DNA of 56,241 bases. It comes from Elusimicrobiota bacterium (GTDB lineage Bacteria; Elusimicrobiota; Elusimicrobia; UBA1565; UBA9628). The stretch lies in contig JAYTSX010000238.1 of the NCBI GenBank assembly GCA_043745445.1, forward strand, positions 1-56,241. Direction: 5' to 3'. Within the stretch, counting starts at the first letter, position 1. Every line of letters begins with the position of its first letter. Positions 28,309 to 36,349 of the stretch are shown one piece after another. The notes beneath the pieces are model-generated. The model was not told the DNA's origin. It searched no databases and saw only the letters and a list, made by a program, of their open reading frames with translations. Made by a program: the position numbers and the translations under genes.

Positions 28309-29706
28309 TCAGTGCGGGCGCTTTTTGTAATGGCCCTTATGGTCGGGCTTTCGGTGGTAGGGGGAAGGAGGCTTGGCCGCTATAGAGGGAAGCGACGCCA
28401 CGGGCTTGGCGTCCTCGAAGGTCTCCGGGGTAAGCAGACACAGGAAGCGCGAGATGATCTCCTTGAGATCCATCTCCTCCGTGGCCAATTCCCAGTCGGG
28501 GCCGAGAAACTCAGCGGCGCGGAAATACTTTTCTTTTTCCTGGAAGGCGGTCAGAATCTTGGCCACCTTTTTCGCTCCGATCTCCTGCCGGGTGGGGATC
28601 TTCCCCTCTTTCATCTTACTCTTCGTCATGTACTCAATGCGGCTGATCATGTGCCGGTTCGTCGGGCTTACCAGGCTGATCGCCAGGCCGGCCTTGCCGC
28701 TGCGCGCCGTGCGGCCGATGCGGTGGACGTATACATCCATCTCGCGGGGAATCGAGTAGTTGATGACGTGCGTCAGCTCCTTAACATCAAGCCCGCGGGA
28801 CGCCACATCCGTGCAGATGAGCAGGTTGACCCGTTTCTCGCGGAAGGAAACCATCGTGCGGTCGCGGTCCTGCTGGGTCTTGTCGCCGTGAAGCGTGTCG
28901 ACCTTGTAGCCGCGCATGACCATGGCTTGGGCGACGTCCATCACGAGCGCCTTCGTTTGGCAGAACACCAGGCCGTAGAAATCGTCGGCCGACTCAATGA
29001 GCTTAATCAGCAGCTCGGGCTTGTCCGACTCCCGCGCCAGATAATAAATCTGCTCGACGGTGGTGGACAGCATCTCGCTGCGGTTGACCTGCACCTGCTT
29101 GGGCTTGCGCAGATAGGTGTCGGCCACGCGGCGCACGCCGGGGCTCATCGTCGCGGAGAAGAGCCAGATGTGGCTCGTGTCGCGCGCGGTCGCCTTTAGG
29201 ATTTTTTCCAAATCTTCTTTGAAGCCCATCGAAATCATTTCGTCGGCTTCATCGAGGATGACGGTCTTCACGCTCGCGAGCTTCAGCGCGCCCCGGTCGA
29301 TGAGGTCGATGATGCGCCCCGGAGTGCCGACGACGATCGCGGCGCCGTGCTTCAGGCCGTCGAGCTGGGCGGCATAGCTGGTGCCGCCGTAGATCGGTAC
29401 CGCTTTGACGCCCTTGTACTTGCCGAACAAATTGATCTGGCCGGAGACTTGGACCGCGAGCTCGCGGGTCGGGCAAAGGATGAGACCCTGGACGTGTTTC
29501 TTGCCGGTGTCGATCTGCTCAAGAAGCGGAATGCCGAACGCCGCGGTCTTGCCGGTGCCCGTCGCGGCCTGGCCGATGAAGTCACTGGGGGCGCCGAGAA
29601 GAATCGGCAGCGCCTGCTGTTGGATCTCAGTCGGCGCGCTGTAGCCCAATTCCGCGATCGCGCGGGCCACCGGAGCGCTCAGCTTCAGGTCATCGAATGA
29701 CTTCAT
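28309..29706 (-). CDS. DEAD-box ATP-dependent RNA helicase
   Basis: The Q motif (FDDLKL...PTEIQ), AATGTGKT, VILDEADEM, LFSATM, the HGD...R and TDVASRGLD motifs, and a basic C-terminal tail are all present. I chose start ATG 29706 (MKSFDDL) because TAGAAT lies 7 nt upstream. The ORF-track start at 30006 runs through the divergent promoter. Confidence 0.85.
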   Translation of the reverse strand: MKSFDDLKLSAPVARAIAELGYSAPTEIQQQALPILLGAPSDFIGQAATGTGKTAAFGIPLLEQIDTGKKHVQGLILCPTRELAVQVSGQINLFGKYKGVKAVPIYGGTSYAAQLDGLKHGAAIVVGTPGRIIDLIDRGALKLASVKTVILDEADEMISMGFKEDLEKILKATARDTSHIWLFSATMSPGVRRVADTYLRKPKQVQVNRSEMLSTTVEQIYYLARESDKPELLIKLIESADDFYGLVFCQTKALVMDVAQAMVMRGYKVDTLHGDKTQQDRDRTMVSFREKRVNLLICTDVASRGLDVKELTHVINYSIPREMDVYVHRIGRTARSGKAGLAISLVSPTNRHMISRIEYMTKSKMKEGKIPTRQEIGAKKVAKILTAFQEKEKYFRAAEFLGPDWELATEEMDLKEIISRFLCLLTPETFEDAKPVASLPSIAAKPPSPYHRKPDHKGHYKKRPH

Positions 29707-29713
29707 TGCGTAC

Positions 29714-29719
29714 ATTCTA
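29714..29719 (-). promoter_or_regulatory. -10 box TAGAAT, 7 nt upstream of ATG 29706 (DEAD-box helicase)
   Basis: Read on the minus strand. Its position implies a leaderless transcript. Confidence 0.45.
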
Positions 29720-29733
29720 CACCTTCCGAAGCC

Positions 29734-29762
29734 TTGACAGGACCCCTCTCGCGTTCCATAAT
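29734..29762 (+). promoter_or_regulatory. Sigma70-type promoter TTGACA-N17-CATAAT, 10 nt upstream of ATG 29773
   Basis: It has a consensus -35 and a 5/6 -10 at canonical spacing. It lies in the 66-bp divergent gap between the DEAD-box gene and the small pilin-head-like gene. Confidence 0.6.
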
Positions 29763-29772
29763 GATCGGGCCC

Positions 29773-30204
29773 ATGGAAGAAAAAGCCCCGATCTCCCCGT
29801 CCCCCGCGCCTCGCACAATCGACCGGTTTATCGGACCACGAACGATGATGGCCCTCGCTTTGGTCGCGGTGCTCGTTTTGGCCGGCGCGGGAGCGATATG
29901 GAAGTTCTATGTCTTGCCCATCCGCGAAATTTCGAACATTCGCTTTCAGGCGCACGGTTGCCTGATGCGGCTGTACGACCTGCAAATGGCCTATCACGGA
30001 ACGCACGGAGCTTACGCCAACGATCTGGAGACGCTTCTTGCCTCGGTGCCCGACGGCGCCCTGCTTCGCGAGAAGCTGAAGGCGAGCGTCGACATCAACA
30101 CCTTGGCCGTCGTCGGAGACTCCGAGCGCTTCCGCCTTGAAATCAACATGCTCGACCCCAAGCGCACGTCGGTTAAGATACGGGGCCCGCTCAGCCAGCG
30201 CTGA
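29773..30204 (+). CDS. Small N-anchored protein with a pilin-head-like domain (paralogue of 46545-46961)
   Basis: A TM segment (MMALALVAVLVLAGAGAIW) is followed by IREI....Q.......L..LQMAYHGTHGAYANDLETL. The gene is preceded by TTGACA-N17-CATAAT. The start is ATG 29773; alternatives are 29761 and TTG 29734. Confidence 0.5.
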   Translation: MEEKAPISPSPAPRTIDRFIGPRTMMALALVAVLVLAGAGAIWKFYVLPIREISNIRFQAHGCLMRLYDLQMAYHGTHGAYANDLETLLASVPDGALLREKLKASVDINTLAVVGDSERFRLEINMLDPKRTSVKIRGPLSQR

Positions 30205-30212
30205 GTCCCGGC

Positions 30213-32228
30213 GTGTCCTCGTTTAAACTCCGCTCCTCGTTCAAGCCGGCCGGCGATCAACCCGACGCCATCGCCACGCTCATCTCCCGCATCAAGGAAG
30301 GCGCCCCCGCTCAGACTTTGCTCGGCGTCACCGGCTCCGGCAAGACCTTCGCGATCGCCAATGTCGTCTCGCAGCTGAACCGGCCCACTTTGGTGCTCTC
30401 CCCCAACAAGGTCCTCGCCGCCCAGCTCTACGCCGAGTTCAAGTCCTTCTTCCCCGATAACGCCGTCGAGTTCTTCATCTCCTACTACGACTACTACCAG
30501 CCCGAGGCTTATGTCCCCTCGAGCGACACCTACATCGAGAAGGACTCCTCGGTCAACGACCGCATCGACCGTCTTCGTTTGAAGTGCACGACCTCCTTGC
30601 TCGCGCGAAAAGATGTGATTGTGGTGGCGTCCGTGTCCTGCATCTACAACATCGGCTCGCCCGAGGCCTACCAGAACCGCACCGTCCCCCTCGAGGTCGG
30701 TTGGAAGGTGACGCGCGACGAGCTGGTCAAGCAGCTCGTCGAGGTGCATTACGAACGCAACGAAATGGAGTTCGTGCGCGGAAAGTTCCGTATGAAAGGC
30801 GGCGTGATCGACATCTTTCCCGCCTACATGGAAACCGCCTTGCGCGCGACTTTGAACGATGAGGGCGTGACCTCGCTGATCGAGTTCGATCCGCTCACCG
30901 GCCTCAAAATAAGGGACCTCAAGCGCGAATGGGTCTATCCCGCCAAACATTTCGTCACCGGCGGCCCTGAGCGGGAGCGGGCGATCGCCGCCATCGAAGC
31001 CGAGCTCGCCGAGCGCATGGCCTGGTTCAAATCCCAAGGCAAGCTGCTCGAGGCCCAGCGTCTTGAGCAAAAGGCCCGATATGACCTCGAGATGCTCAGC
31101 GAGATGGGATTCTGCCACGGCATCGAGAACTACTCCCGCCACCTCTCCGGCCGCCCGGCCGGAGAGCGTCCTTATTGCCTCATCGATTTTTTTCCCAAGG
31201 ACTACCTGCTCGTTGTGGACGAATCACATGTCGCGGTCCCGCAGATTGGCGGCATGTACGAAGGCGACCGCGCGCGCAAGCAGACCCTCATCGACTTTGG
31301 CTGGAGGCTGCCCTCGGCGCTCGACAACCGCCCCCTCAAATTCGCGGAGTTCGAGAAGCTCGCCGGCCAGACCATGTTTGTGTCCGCCACGCCCGGCAAG
31401 TACGAGCTGACGAAGACGAAGGGCGAGATCGTGGAGATGGTCGTGCGTCCGACCGGCCTCGTCGACCCGGAGACGATCATCCGGCCGTCCGAGGGCCAGC
31501 TCGAGGACCTCATCGTCCGCCTGCGCGACCGCGCCGCGAAGAAAGAGCGCGCGTTGATTACGACCCTGACCAAACGCACCGCCGAAGACCTGTCCTCCTT
31601 CCTGACGACGAAGGGCCTCAAGGTCCGTTACCTGCACTCCGACATCGACTCCCTTGAGCGCATTCAGATATTGCAGGACCTTCGCTCCGGCGTCTTCGAT
31701 GTCCTCGTCGGGATTAATTTGCTGCGCGAAGGCCTCGACCTGCCGGAGGTGTCGCTCGTCGCGATTCTGGGCGCCGACCACGAAGGTTTTCTGCGCTCCG
31801 AGACGACCTTGATTCAGATCTCAGGCCGCGCCGCGCGCAACGTCGGCGGCCAGGTCATCCTTTACGCCGACACGATCACCGGCTCCATGAAGCGCGCGCT
31901 CGACGAGATGGACCGGCGCCGCGTCAAGCAGCTCGCCTACAATAAGGAGCACGGCATCACGCCGAAGACCATCGTCAAGGCGATCGAGGAGCTCGAGGAG
32001 TTCCAGAGCACCGCCAAACGCGAGGGGCTGATGCTCCTGCGCGACGGCGACGCGCCGCTGTCGGCAAAGGAGTTGCCCACGATCATCGCCGATGTCGAAA
32101 GCCGCATGCGCGCCGCGGCCGACTCCCTCGACTTTGAAGCCGCCGTCCTCCTGCGCGACCAGCTCTTCGAGCTCAAGTCCATGTCCGCGAGCCGGCCCGC
32201 GAAGACGCGGGGCAAGAGCAAGAGCTAG
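30213..32228 (+). CDS. uvrB: Excinuclease ABC subunit B
   Basis: The protein aligns end to end with the UvrB pattern ([31 protein letters not shown], and the C-terminal UVR domain [12 protein letters not shown]). It starts at GTG. Confidence 0.95.
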   Translation: MSSFKLRSSFKPAGDQPDAIATLISRIKEGAPAQTLLGVTGSGKTFAIANVVSQLNRPTLVLSPNKVLAAQLYAEFKSFFPDNAVEFFISYYDYYQPEAYVPSSDTYIEKDSSVNDRIDRLRLKCTTSLLARKDVIVVASVSCIYNIGSPEAYQNRTVPLEVGWKVTRDELVKQLVEVHYERNEMEFVRGKFRMKGGVIDIFPAYMETALRATLNDEGVTSLIEFDPLTGLKIRDLKREWVYPAKHFVTGGPERERAIAAIEAELAERMAWFKSQGKLLEAQRLEQKARYDLEMLSEMGFCHGIENYSRHLSGRPAGERPYCLIDFFPKDYLLVVDESHVAVPQIGGMYEGDRARKQTLIDFGWRLPSALDNRPLKFAEFEKLAGQTMFVSATPGKYELTKTKGEIVEMVVRPTGLVDPETIIRPSEGQLEDLIVRLRDRAAKKERALITTLTKRTAEDLSSFLTTKGLKVRYLHSDIDSLERIQILQDLRSGVFDVLVGINLLREGLDLPEVSLVAILGADHEGFLRSETTLIQISGRAARNVGGQVILYADTITGSMKRALDEMDRRRVKQLAYNKEHGITPKTIVKAIEELEEFQSTAKREGLMLLRDGDAPLSAKELPTIIADVESRMRAAADSLDFEAAVLLRDQLFELKSMSASRPAKTRGKSKS

Positions 32229-32234
32229 CCGCGA

Positions 32235-32372
32235 TTAGGCGGGACGGACGACGGCGCGGCGGATCTTGCGGCGCGCGCGCACGAGAAAGCCCTCGCGCCG
32301 CACCTTAGCGAACGGCGTCCAGGCCGTCTTGCGGCCCACGAATAACCACGGCATCAGCAGTTTGGCGATCAC
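32235..32372 (-). CDS. Candidate 45-aa highly basic small protein
   Basis: GTG 32372 is preceded by GGAG 5 nt upstream and by TTTACA-N17-TATATT in an AT-rich island. The product is (M)IAKLLMPWLFVGRKTAWTPFAKVRREGFLVRARRKIRRAVVRPA. I recognise no family. Confidence 0.25.
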   Translation of the reverse strand: MIAKLLMPWLFVGRKTAWTPFAKVRREGFLVRARRKIRRAVVRPA

Positions 32373-32407
32373 GCGCGCTCCGTGCGGCGACGAATTAAAC
32401 CTAATAG

Positions 32408-32436
32408 AATATATCAGCTTATATAATATTTGTAAA
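32408..32436 (-). promoter_or_regulatory. Promoter-like TTTACA-N17-TATATT within an AT-rich island
   Basis: Read on the minus strand in the 32390-32470 AT-rich stretch. It lies ~35 nt upstream of the GGAG-N5-GTG of the 45-aa ORF. Confidence 0.45.
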
Positions 32437-32476
32437 TAGTAAATATGACTGATATGACGAGGTCTACATTTGGGCG

Positions 32477-33766
32477 CTAAGCGAGGAAACTTTCGGCGTG
32501 CTGACTGACGTCGAGGCCGGCGGCTTCCTGTTCGGGGCGCACGCGCAGGGTGATCGCGGCGTCGCAGACTTTGTAGATGAGCCATGAGCCGCCGAAAGAG
32601 TAGCCCCCCACGATAAGGATCGCGGCTAGGTGGCGAATGAAGATAGTCGGATCGCCGTGAATGAGGCCGACTTTCTCGGCGAACACGCCGGTCGCGATCA
32701 TGCCGACGATGCCGCCGACCCCGTGGCACGGGAACACATCAAGAGTGTCGTCGAGGTTCGTGCGCGCCTTGCGGTGCACCGCCATATTGCTGACCAGGCT
32801 CGCGATCGCGCCGATTGCGAGGCTCTGCCCGACACTGACGTAGCCGGCGGCCGGTGTGATCGCGACGAGGCCGACGACCGCTCCGACCGAGGCGCCGAGC
32901 GCCGAAGGGCGGCGGCCCCGCACGGCGTCGAACAGTACCCAGGCCAGCATCGCGGAAGCCGACGCGGTGTTCGTCGTCATAAACGCGAGCACGGCCGTCT
33001 CGTTGGCGGCCAGCGCCGATCCCGCGTTGAAGCCGAACCAGCCGAACCAGAGCATGCCGGTGCCGAGCAGAACAAAGGGAATGTTCGCGGGGACATGGAC
33101 GGCCCCCGGAGCGTGCTCCTTGCGCGGCCCCATGAACATGGCGCCCGCCAGCGCCGCGAAGCCCGCGGTCATGTGAACGACAGTGCCGCCCGCGAAGTCG
33201 AGCACGCCCCAGCGGTGCAGGAAGCCGTTCGGATGCCAGGTCCAATGCGCGACGGGGCAGTAGATGAACAGAGTGAAGAGCACGATAAAAATCAGGTAGC
33301 TCATGAAACGCACGCGTTCCGCGAATGAGCCCGTGATCAGCGCGGGCGTGATGATCGCGAACTTAAGCTGGAACAGCGCGAACAACGCCAAAGGGATGGT
33401 GGGCGCGAGATCGGGATGCGTCGCCCCTCCAACACCGCGGAACATGAAGTAGGTCAGGGGATTTCCGACGAAGCCGCCGAGCGAGTCGCCGAACGAAAGG
33501 CTGAAGCCCACAACGACCCACAGGATGCTGACCACGCCCATCGCGATGAAGCTCTGCAGCATCGTCGAGATCACATTCTTACGCTGAACCATGCCGCCGT
33601 AGAAGAATGAAAGCCCGGGCGTCATCAGCAGGACGAGAGCGGTGGCGGTGAGCATCCAGGCGACATCGCCGGGCACGATGGGTTTGGCTCCGGCGGGCGC
33701 GGCGGCGGGATACGAGCCATAAAAGAGGCCGGCGGCCGCCGTCAACAGCAGCAAACCCAGCGACAT
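32477..33766 (-). CDS. amt: Ammonium transporter
   Basis: It starts MSLGLLLLTAAAG... and contains AWMLTATALVLLMTPGLSFFYGG, DFAGGTVVH and HGVGGIVG. AAGGAA lies upstream of ATG 33766. The 226-aa N-terminal extension in the ORF track is antisense to the DUF502 gene. Confidence 0.9.
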   Translation of the reverse strand: MSLGLLLLTAAAGLFYGSYPAAAPAGAKPIVPGDVAWMLTATALVLLMTPGLSFFYGGMVQRKNVISTMLQSFIAMGVVSILWVVVGFSLSFGDSLGGFVGNPLTYFMFRGVGGATHPDLAPTIPLALFALFQLKFAIITPALITGSFAERVRFMSYLIFIVLFTLFIYCPVAHWTWHPNGFLHRWGVLDFAGGTVVHMTAGFAALAGAMFMGPRKEHAPGAVHVPANIPFVLLGTGMLWFGWFGFNAGSALAANETAVLAFMTTNTASASAMLAWVLFDAVRGRRPSALGASVGAVVGLVAITPAAGYVSVGQSLAIGAIASLVSNMAVHRKARTNLDDTLDVFPCHGVGGIVGMIATGVFAEKVGLIHGDPTIFIRHLAAILIVGGYSFGGSWLIYKVCDAAITLRVRPEQEAAGLDVSQHAESFLA

Positions 33767-33832
33767 GACCCATTCCTTTTTGTATTTCTGCACGGCGCCT
33801 CCGGAGAACGGGCGTATGATACCATAGGGCGG

Positions 33833-34456
33833 TTGAGACAGAAAATTCAGGCGCGGCTGAAGCGGTACTTCGTATCGGGCTTCTTCACCTTGATCCCGAT
33901 CGGGCTCTCGCTGCTCGTCGTGTGGACCTTCGTCAGCGCTGTGGACCGGACCTTGGCGCCCCTGCTCGACGCCGGCCTCGGCTTCCATCTCCCGGGCTTC
34001 GGCCTCATCGCCGCGGTGATCTTGATCTTCGCGGCGGGGGTGCTGACCTCCCATGTCGTCGGCGAACACCTGTTCAGCGCCGCCGAGGACGCCCTCGCTC
34101 GCATCCCCGTGTTCAAATGGGTGTACGGCACGATCAAACAGATGACCGAGGCCTTCTCGCCCGCGAACAAGGCTTCCTTTAAGAGCGTCGTCATGATCGA
34201 GTTCCCCCGCCCCGGCATCTACAGCTTGGGCTTCGTCACCGGCGAGACCGTGCTCGACCTGCCCGGGGGCACGCACAAAAAACTGACCTCGGTGTACGTC
34301 CCGACCAACCATGTCTACATCGGCGACCTGATCTTCGTACCCAGCGAGAGCGTCATCCCGACCCAACTGGGCGTGCAGCAGGGAATCCAGGTGGCGCTGT
34401 CGGCGGGAGCGACCACGCCCGAGCACCTCGGCCACGCGAAGAAGCAATCGGCATGA
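33833..34456 (+). CDS. DUF502-family membrane protein
   Basis: LKRYFVSGFFTLIPIGLSLLVVW...PGFGLIAAVILIF...PVFKWVYGTIKQ and VPTNHVYIGD are present. It starts at TTG. Confidence 0.7.
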   Translation: MRQKIQARLKRYFVSGFFTLIPIGLSLLVVWTFVSAVDRTLAPLLDAGLGFHLPGFGLIAAVILIFAAGVLTSHVVGEHLFSAAEDALARIPVFKWVYGTIKQMTEAFSPANKASFKSVVMIEFPRPGIYSLGFVTGETVLDLPGGTHKKLTSVYVPTNHVYIGDLIFVPSESVIPTQLGVQQGIQVALSAGATTPEHLGHAKKQSA

Positions 34457-35295
34457 AGCACCTCCTCCCCGCCGCTTGGCGCCCCCTTCTGAAAGCGGCT
34501 CTGGCGGAAGATCTCGGTCGCGCCGGCGATGTAACGACGCGCCTCTTCGTTCCGAAGACCGCCCGCCTCAGCTTCAGCGTCGTTAGCCGCGAGTCCGGGG
34601 TCATCTGCGGCCTCGAGATCGCGGCCGCCGCGTTCAAGGCCTGCGAGCCGCGCGCGCGCGTGACCATGCTCGCCCGCGACGGCGCCCGCGTGCGCCCCGG
34701 CCGGGCGGTCATGACGGTGTCGGGCGGGCGCGGCCTGCTGAGCGCCGAGCGAACCGCGCTCAATTTCCTGCAGCGGATGTCGGGCGTCGCGTCCCTCACC
34801 CGCCGCTATGCCGACCGCGTGCGCGGCACGCGCGCGAAGGTGCTCGACACGCGCAAAACCTTGCCGGGCTGGCGCGCGCTCGATAAGTACGCGGTCGCGT
34901 GCGGCGGCGGGCTGAACCACCGCCTGGGCCTGTACGACGCGGCGATGGTCAAGGACAACCATTATTTCGGAGAGAGCCTGGTGGACGGCGTGGCGAAGCT
35001 TCGCCGCGCGCACCCGAAGATGCCTCTGATCATCGAGTGCGACACGGCGGCACAAGTGACGCGCGCCCTGGCCCTGATGCCCGAGGTGGTTCTCCTTGAC
35101 AACATGCGCGGCCCGCGTTTGCGCCGGGAGATCCGCCGCATCCGGGCTTTAGCGCCGCGCGTGAAGATCGAGGTGTCGGGCGGCGTGAACATCAAGGAAA
35201 TCCGCGCGCTGGCAAAGCTCGGCCCCGACCGTATCTCGATTGGACGCTTGACCCACAGCGCGCCCGCCCTCGATCTCGGCCTCGACCTGCGATGA
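34453..35295 (+). CDS. nadC: Nicotinate-nucleotide pyrophosphorylase (carboxylating)
   Basis: ALAEDLGRAGDVTT, ERTALNFLQRMSG, LDTRKT.PG.R and MVKDNH are present. It forms an ATGA overlap with the upstream gene. Confidence 0.9.
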   Translation: MKHLLPAAWRPLLKAALAEDLGRAGDVTTRLFVPKTARLSFSVVSRESGVICGLEIAAAAFKACEPRARVTMLARDGARVRPGRAVMTVSGGRGLLSAERTALNFLQRMSGVASLTRRYADRVRGTRAKVLDTRKTLPGWRALDKYAVACGGGLNHRLGLYDAAMVKDNHYFGESLVDGVAKLRRAHPKMPLIIECDTAAQVTRALALMPEVVLLDNMRGPRLRREIRRIRALAPRVKIEVSGGVNIKEIRALAKLGPDRISIGRLTHSAPALDLGLDLR

Positions 35296-35846
35296 AGCTC
35301 GCGGGCGTCAAGCGTCTCGTGCGCCTGGCGCGGGCCGACTCCACCCAGGCGGTCGCGCGGCGCCTCGCCGAGGATGGCGCCCCGGACGGGACCTTGGTTT
35401 GGGCGCTCGCTCAAACCGCGGGAAAGGGCCGCATGGGACGCACCTGGCGCTCCGCGCCGGGCGGGCTGTACGCCTCGTGGGTCCTGCGGCCGAAGTTCGC
35501 GCCCGAGCGCCTCGGCGAGCTGTCGATCGCTTGCGGCGAGGCATTGGCCGCGGTCCTGCGGGATTTCGGTGCGACGACCACGGTCAAGCCTCCCAACGAT
35601 GTCCTCGCCCTCTGCCCCGACGGCAAGGCGCGCAAGCTGTGCGGGATCCTCTGCGAGGCACGGGGAGATTCGAAACATCTCGACTGGCTCATCGTTGGGT
35701 TCGGGGTCAATGTGAACAACGCCCCTCCCCTCAAGCGCGCGACATCGCTTCGCACCTTGGTCAGGCGGCGCGTCGGCGTCGCGGCGGTGCTGCGGGCCGC
35801 GATGTCCGGGCTTTCCCGCGTCCGGCGAGCGGGCAATTTCGTATAA
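35292..35846 (+). CDS. birA: Biotin--protein ligase, catalytic domain only (short form)
   Basis: QTAGKGRMGRTWRSAPGGLYAS and KPPNDVL....K..GIL.E are present. At 184 aa there is no room for the usual C-terminal SH3-like domain. Confidence 0.75.
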   Translation: MKLAGVKRLVRLARADSTQAVARRLAEDGAPDGTLVWALAQTAGKGRMGRTWRSAPGGLYASWVLRPKFAPERLGELSIACGEALAAVLRDFGATTTVKPPNDVLALCPDGKARKLCGILCEARGDSKHLDWLIVGFGVNVNNAPPLKRATSLRTLVRRRVGVAAVLRAAMSGLSRVRRAGNFV

Positions 35847-35853
35847 TTATAAT
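35842..35853 (+). promoter_or_regulatory. Tandem TATAAT TATAAT boxes upstream of greA (leadered, GGAG at 35867-35870)
   Basis: The sequence TATAATTATAAT overlaps the birA stop codon. A ~25-nt C-rich leader with GGAG lies 9 nt before the ATG. Confidence 0.5.
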
Positions 35854-35878
35854 CGTATCCCCCCCCGGAGACTCCCCC

Positions 35879-36349
35879 ATGGCCGAAACCTATTTGACGC
35901 GCGCTGGACATGCCAAGTTGCAGGAAGATCTTAAAGCGCTCATGAAGCAGAAAACCCAGCTCTCGCTCGACATCGGCGAGGCCCGCGAAAAAGGCGACCT
36001 TAAGGAAAACGCCGAGTATCACTCCGCTAAGGAAAAGATGGGTGAGGTCATGGGGCGCATCGGCCAGGTCCAGGACAAGCTCCAGAGCGCCAAGATCATC
36101 GAGGAGATGAACATCCCTAAGGACACCGTCGCCATCGGCACGACCGTGGACCTCGAGGACTCCGACGGCGATTTTGTCGAGTACTCGCTCGTCGGTGAGG
36201 ACGAATCCGATCCGAATGAAGGCAAGATTTCCGTCCAGTCCCCGCTCGGCGCGGGCCTGCTCGGACGCAAGTCGAAGGAGACGGTCGAGATTCAGCTCCC
36301 CAACGGCCCGCGCACATTCAAAATTCTCAAAGTCGCGCGCACCGTCTGA
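35879..36349 (+). CDS. greA: Transcription elongation factor GreA
   Basis: It starts MAETYLTRAGHAKLQEDLKAL and contains REKGDLKENAEYHSAKE and SVQSPLGAGLLG. GGAG lies 9 nt upstream. The ORF-track start at 35399 is a spurious extension through birA. Confidence 0.9.
   Translation: MAETYLTRAGHAKLQEDLKALMKQKTQLSLDIGEAREKGDLKENAEYHSAKEKMGEVMGRIGQVQDKLQSAKIIEEMNIPKDTVAIGTTVDLEDSDGDFVEYSLVGEDESDPNEGKISVQSPLGAGLLGRKSKETVEIQLPNGPRTFKILKVARTV

Noticed and set aside
29650-29800. Replication origin at the strand switch (30 kb of minus-strand genes to the left, plus-strand genes to the right)
   Set aside because: The gap is only 66 bp and is fully explained by two divergent promoters. There are no DnaA-box clusters, no AT-rich unwinding element and no dnaA/dnaN nearby, and gene orientation to the right is mixed.
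30012-31142. A 376-aa minus-strand ORF
   Set aside because: It is antisense to uvrB and has no recognisable motifs. It is a GC-rich antisense artefact.
33767-33832. Sigma-54 (GG-N10-GC) promoter upstream of amt
   Set aside because: The only candidate (TGGTATCATACGCC) has 8 nt rather than 10 nt between the GG and GC. TATCAT reads better as a sigma70 -10 box.
33767-34447. A 226-aa N-terminal extension of the amt ORF (track ORF 32477-34447)
   Set aside because: The extension is antisense to the DUF502 gene. The Amt homology, the signal-like N-terminus and an AAGGAA ribosome-binding site all begin at ATG 33766. Similar over-long track ORFs were trimmed for greA (35399), the receiver (41966), nnrE (52513), the DEAD-box helicase (30006), scpB (17894), the DUF2723 gene (8670) and the second GGDEF gene (56193).
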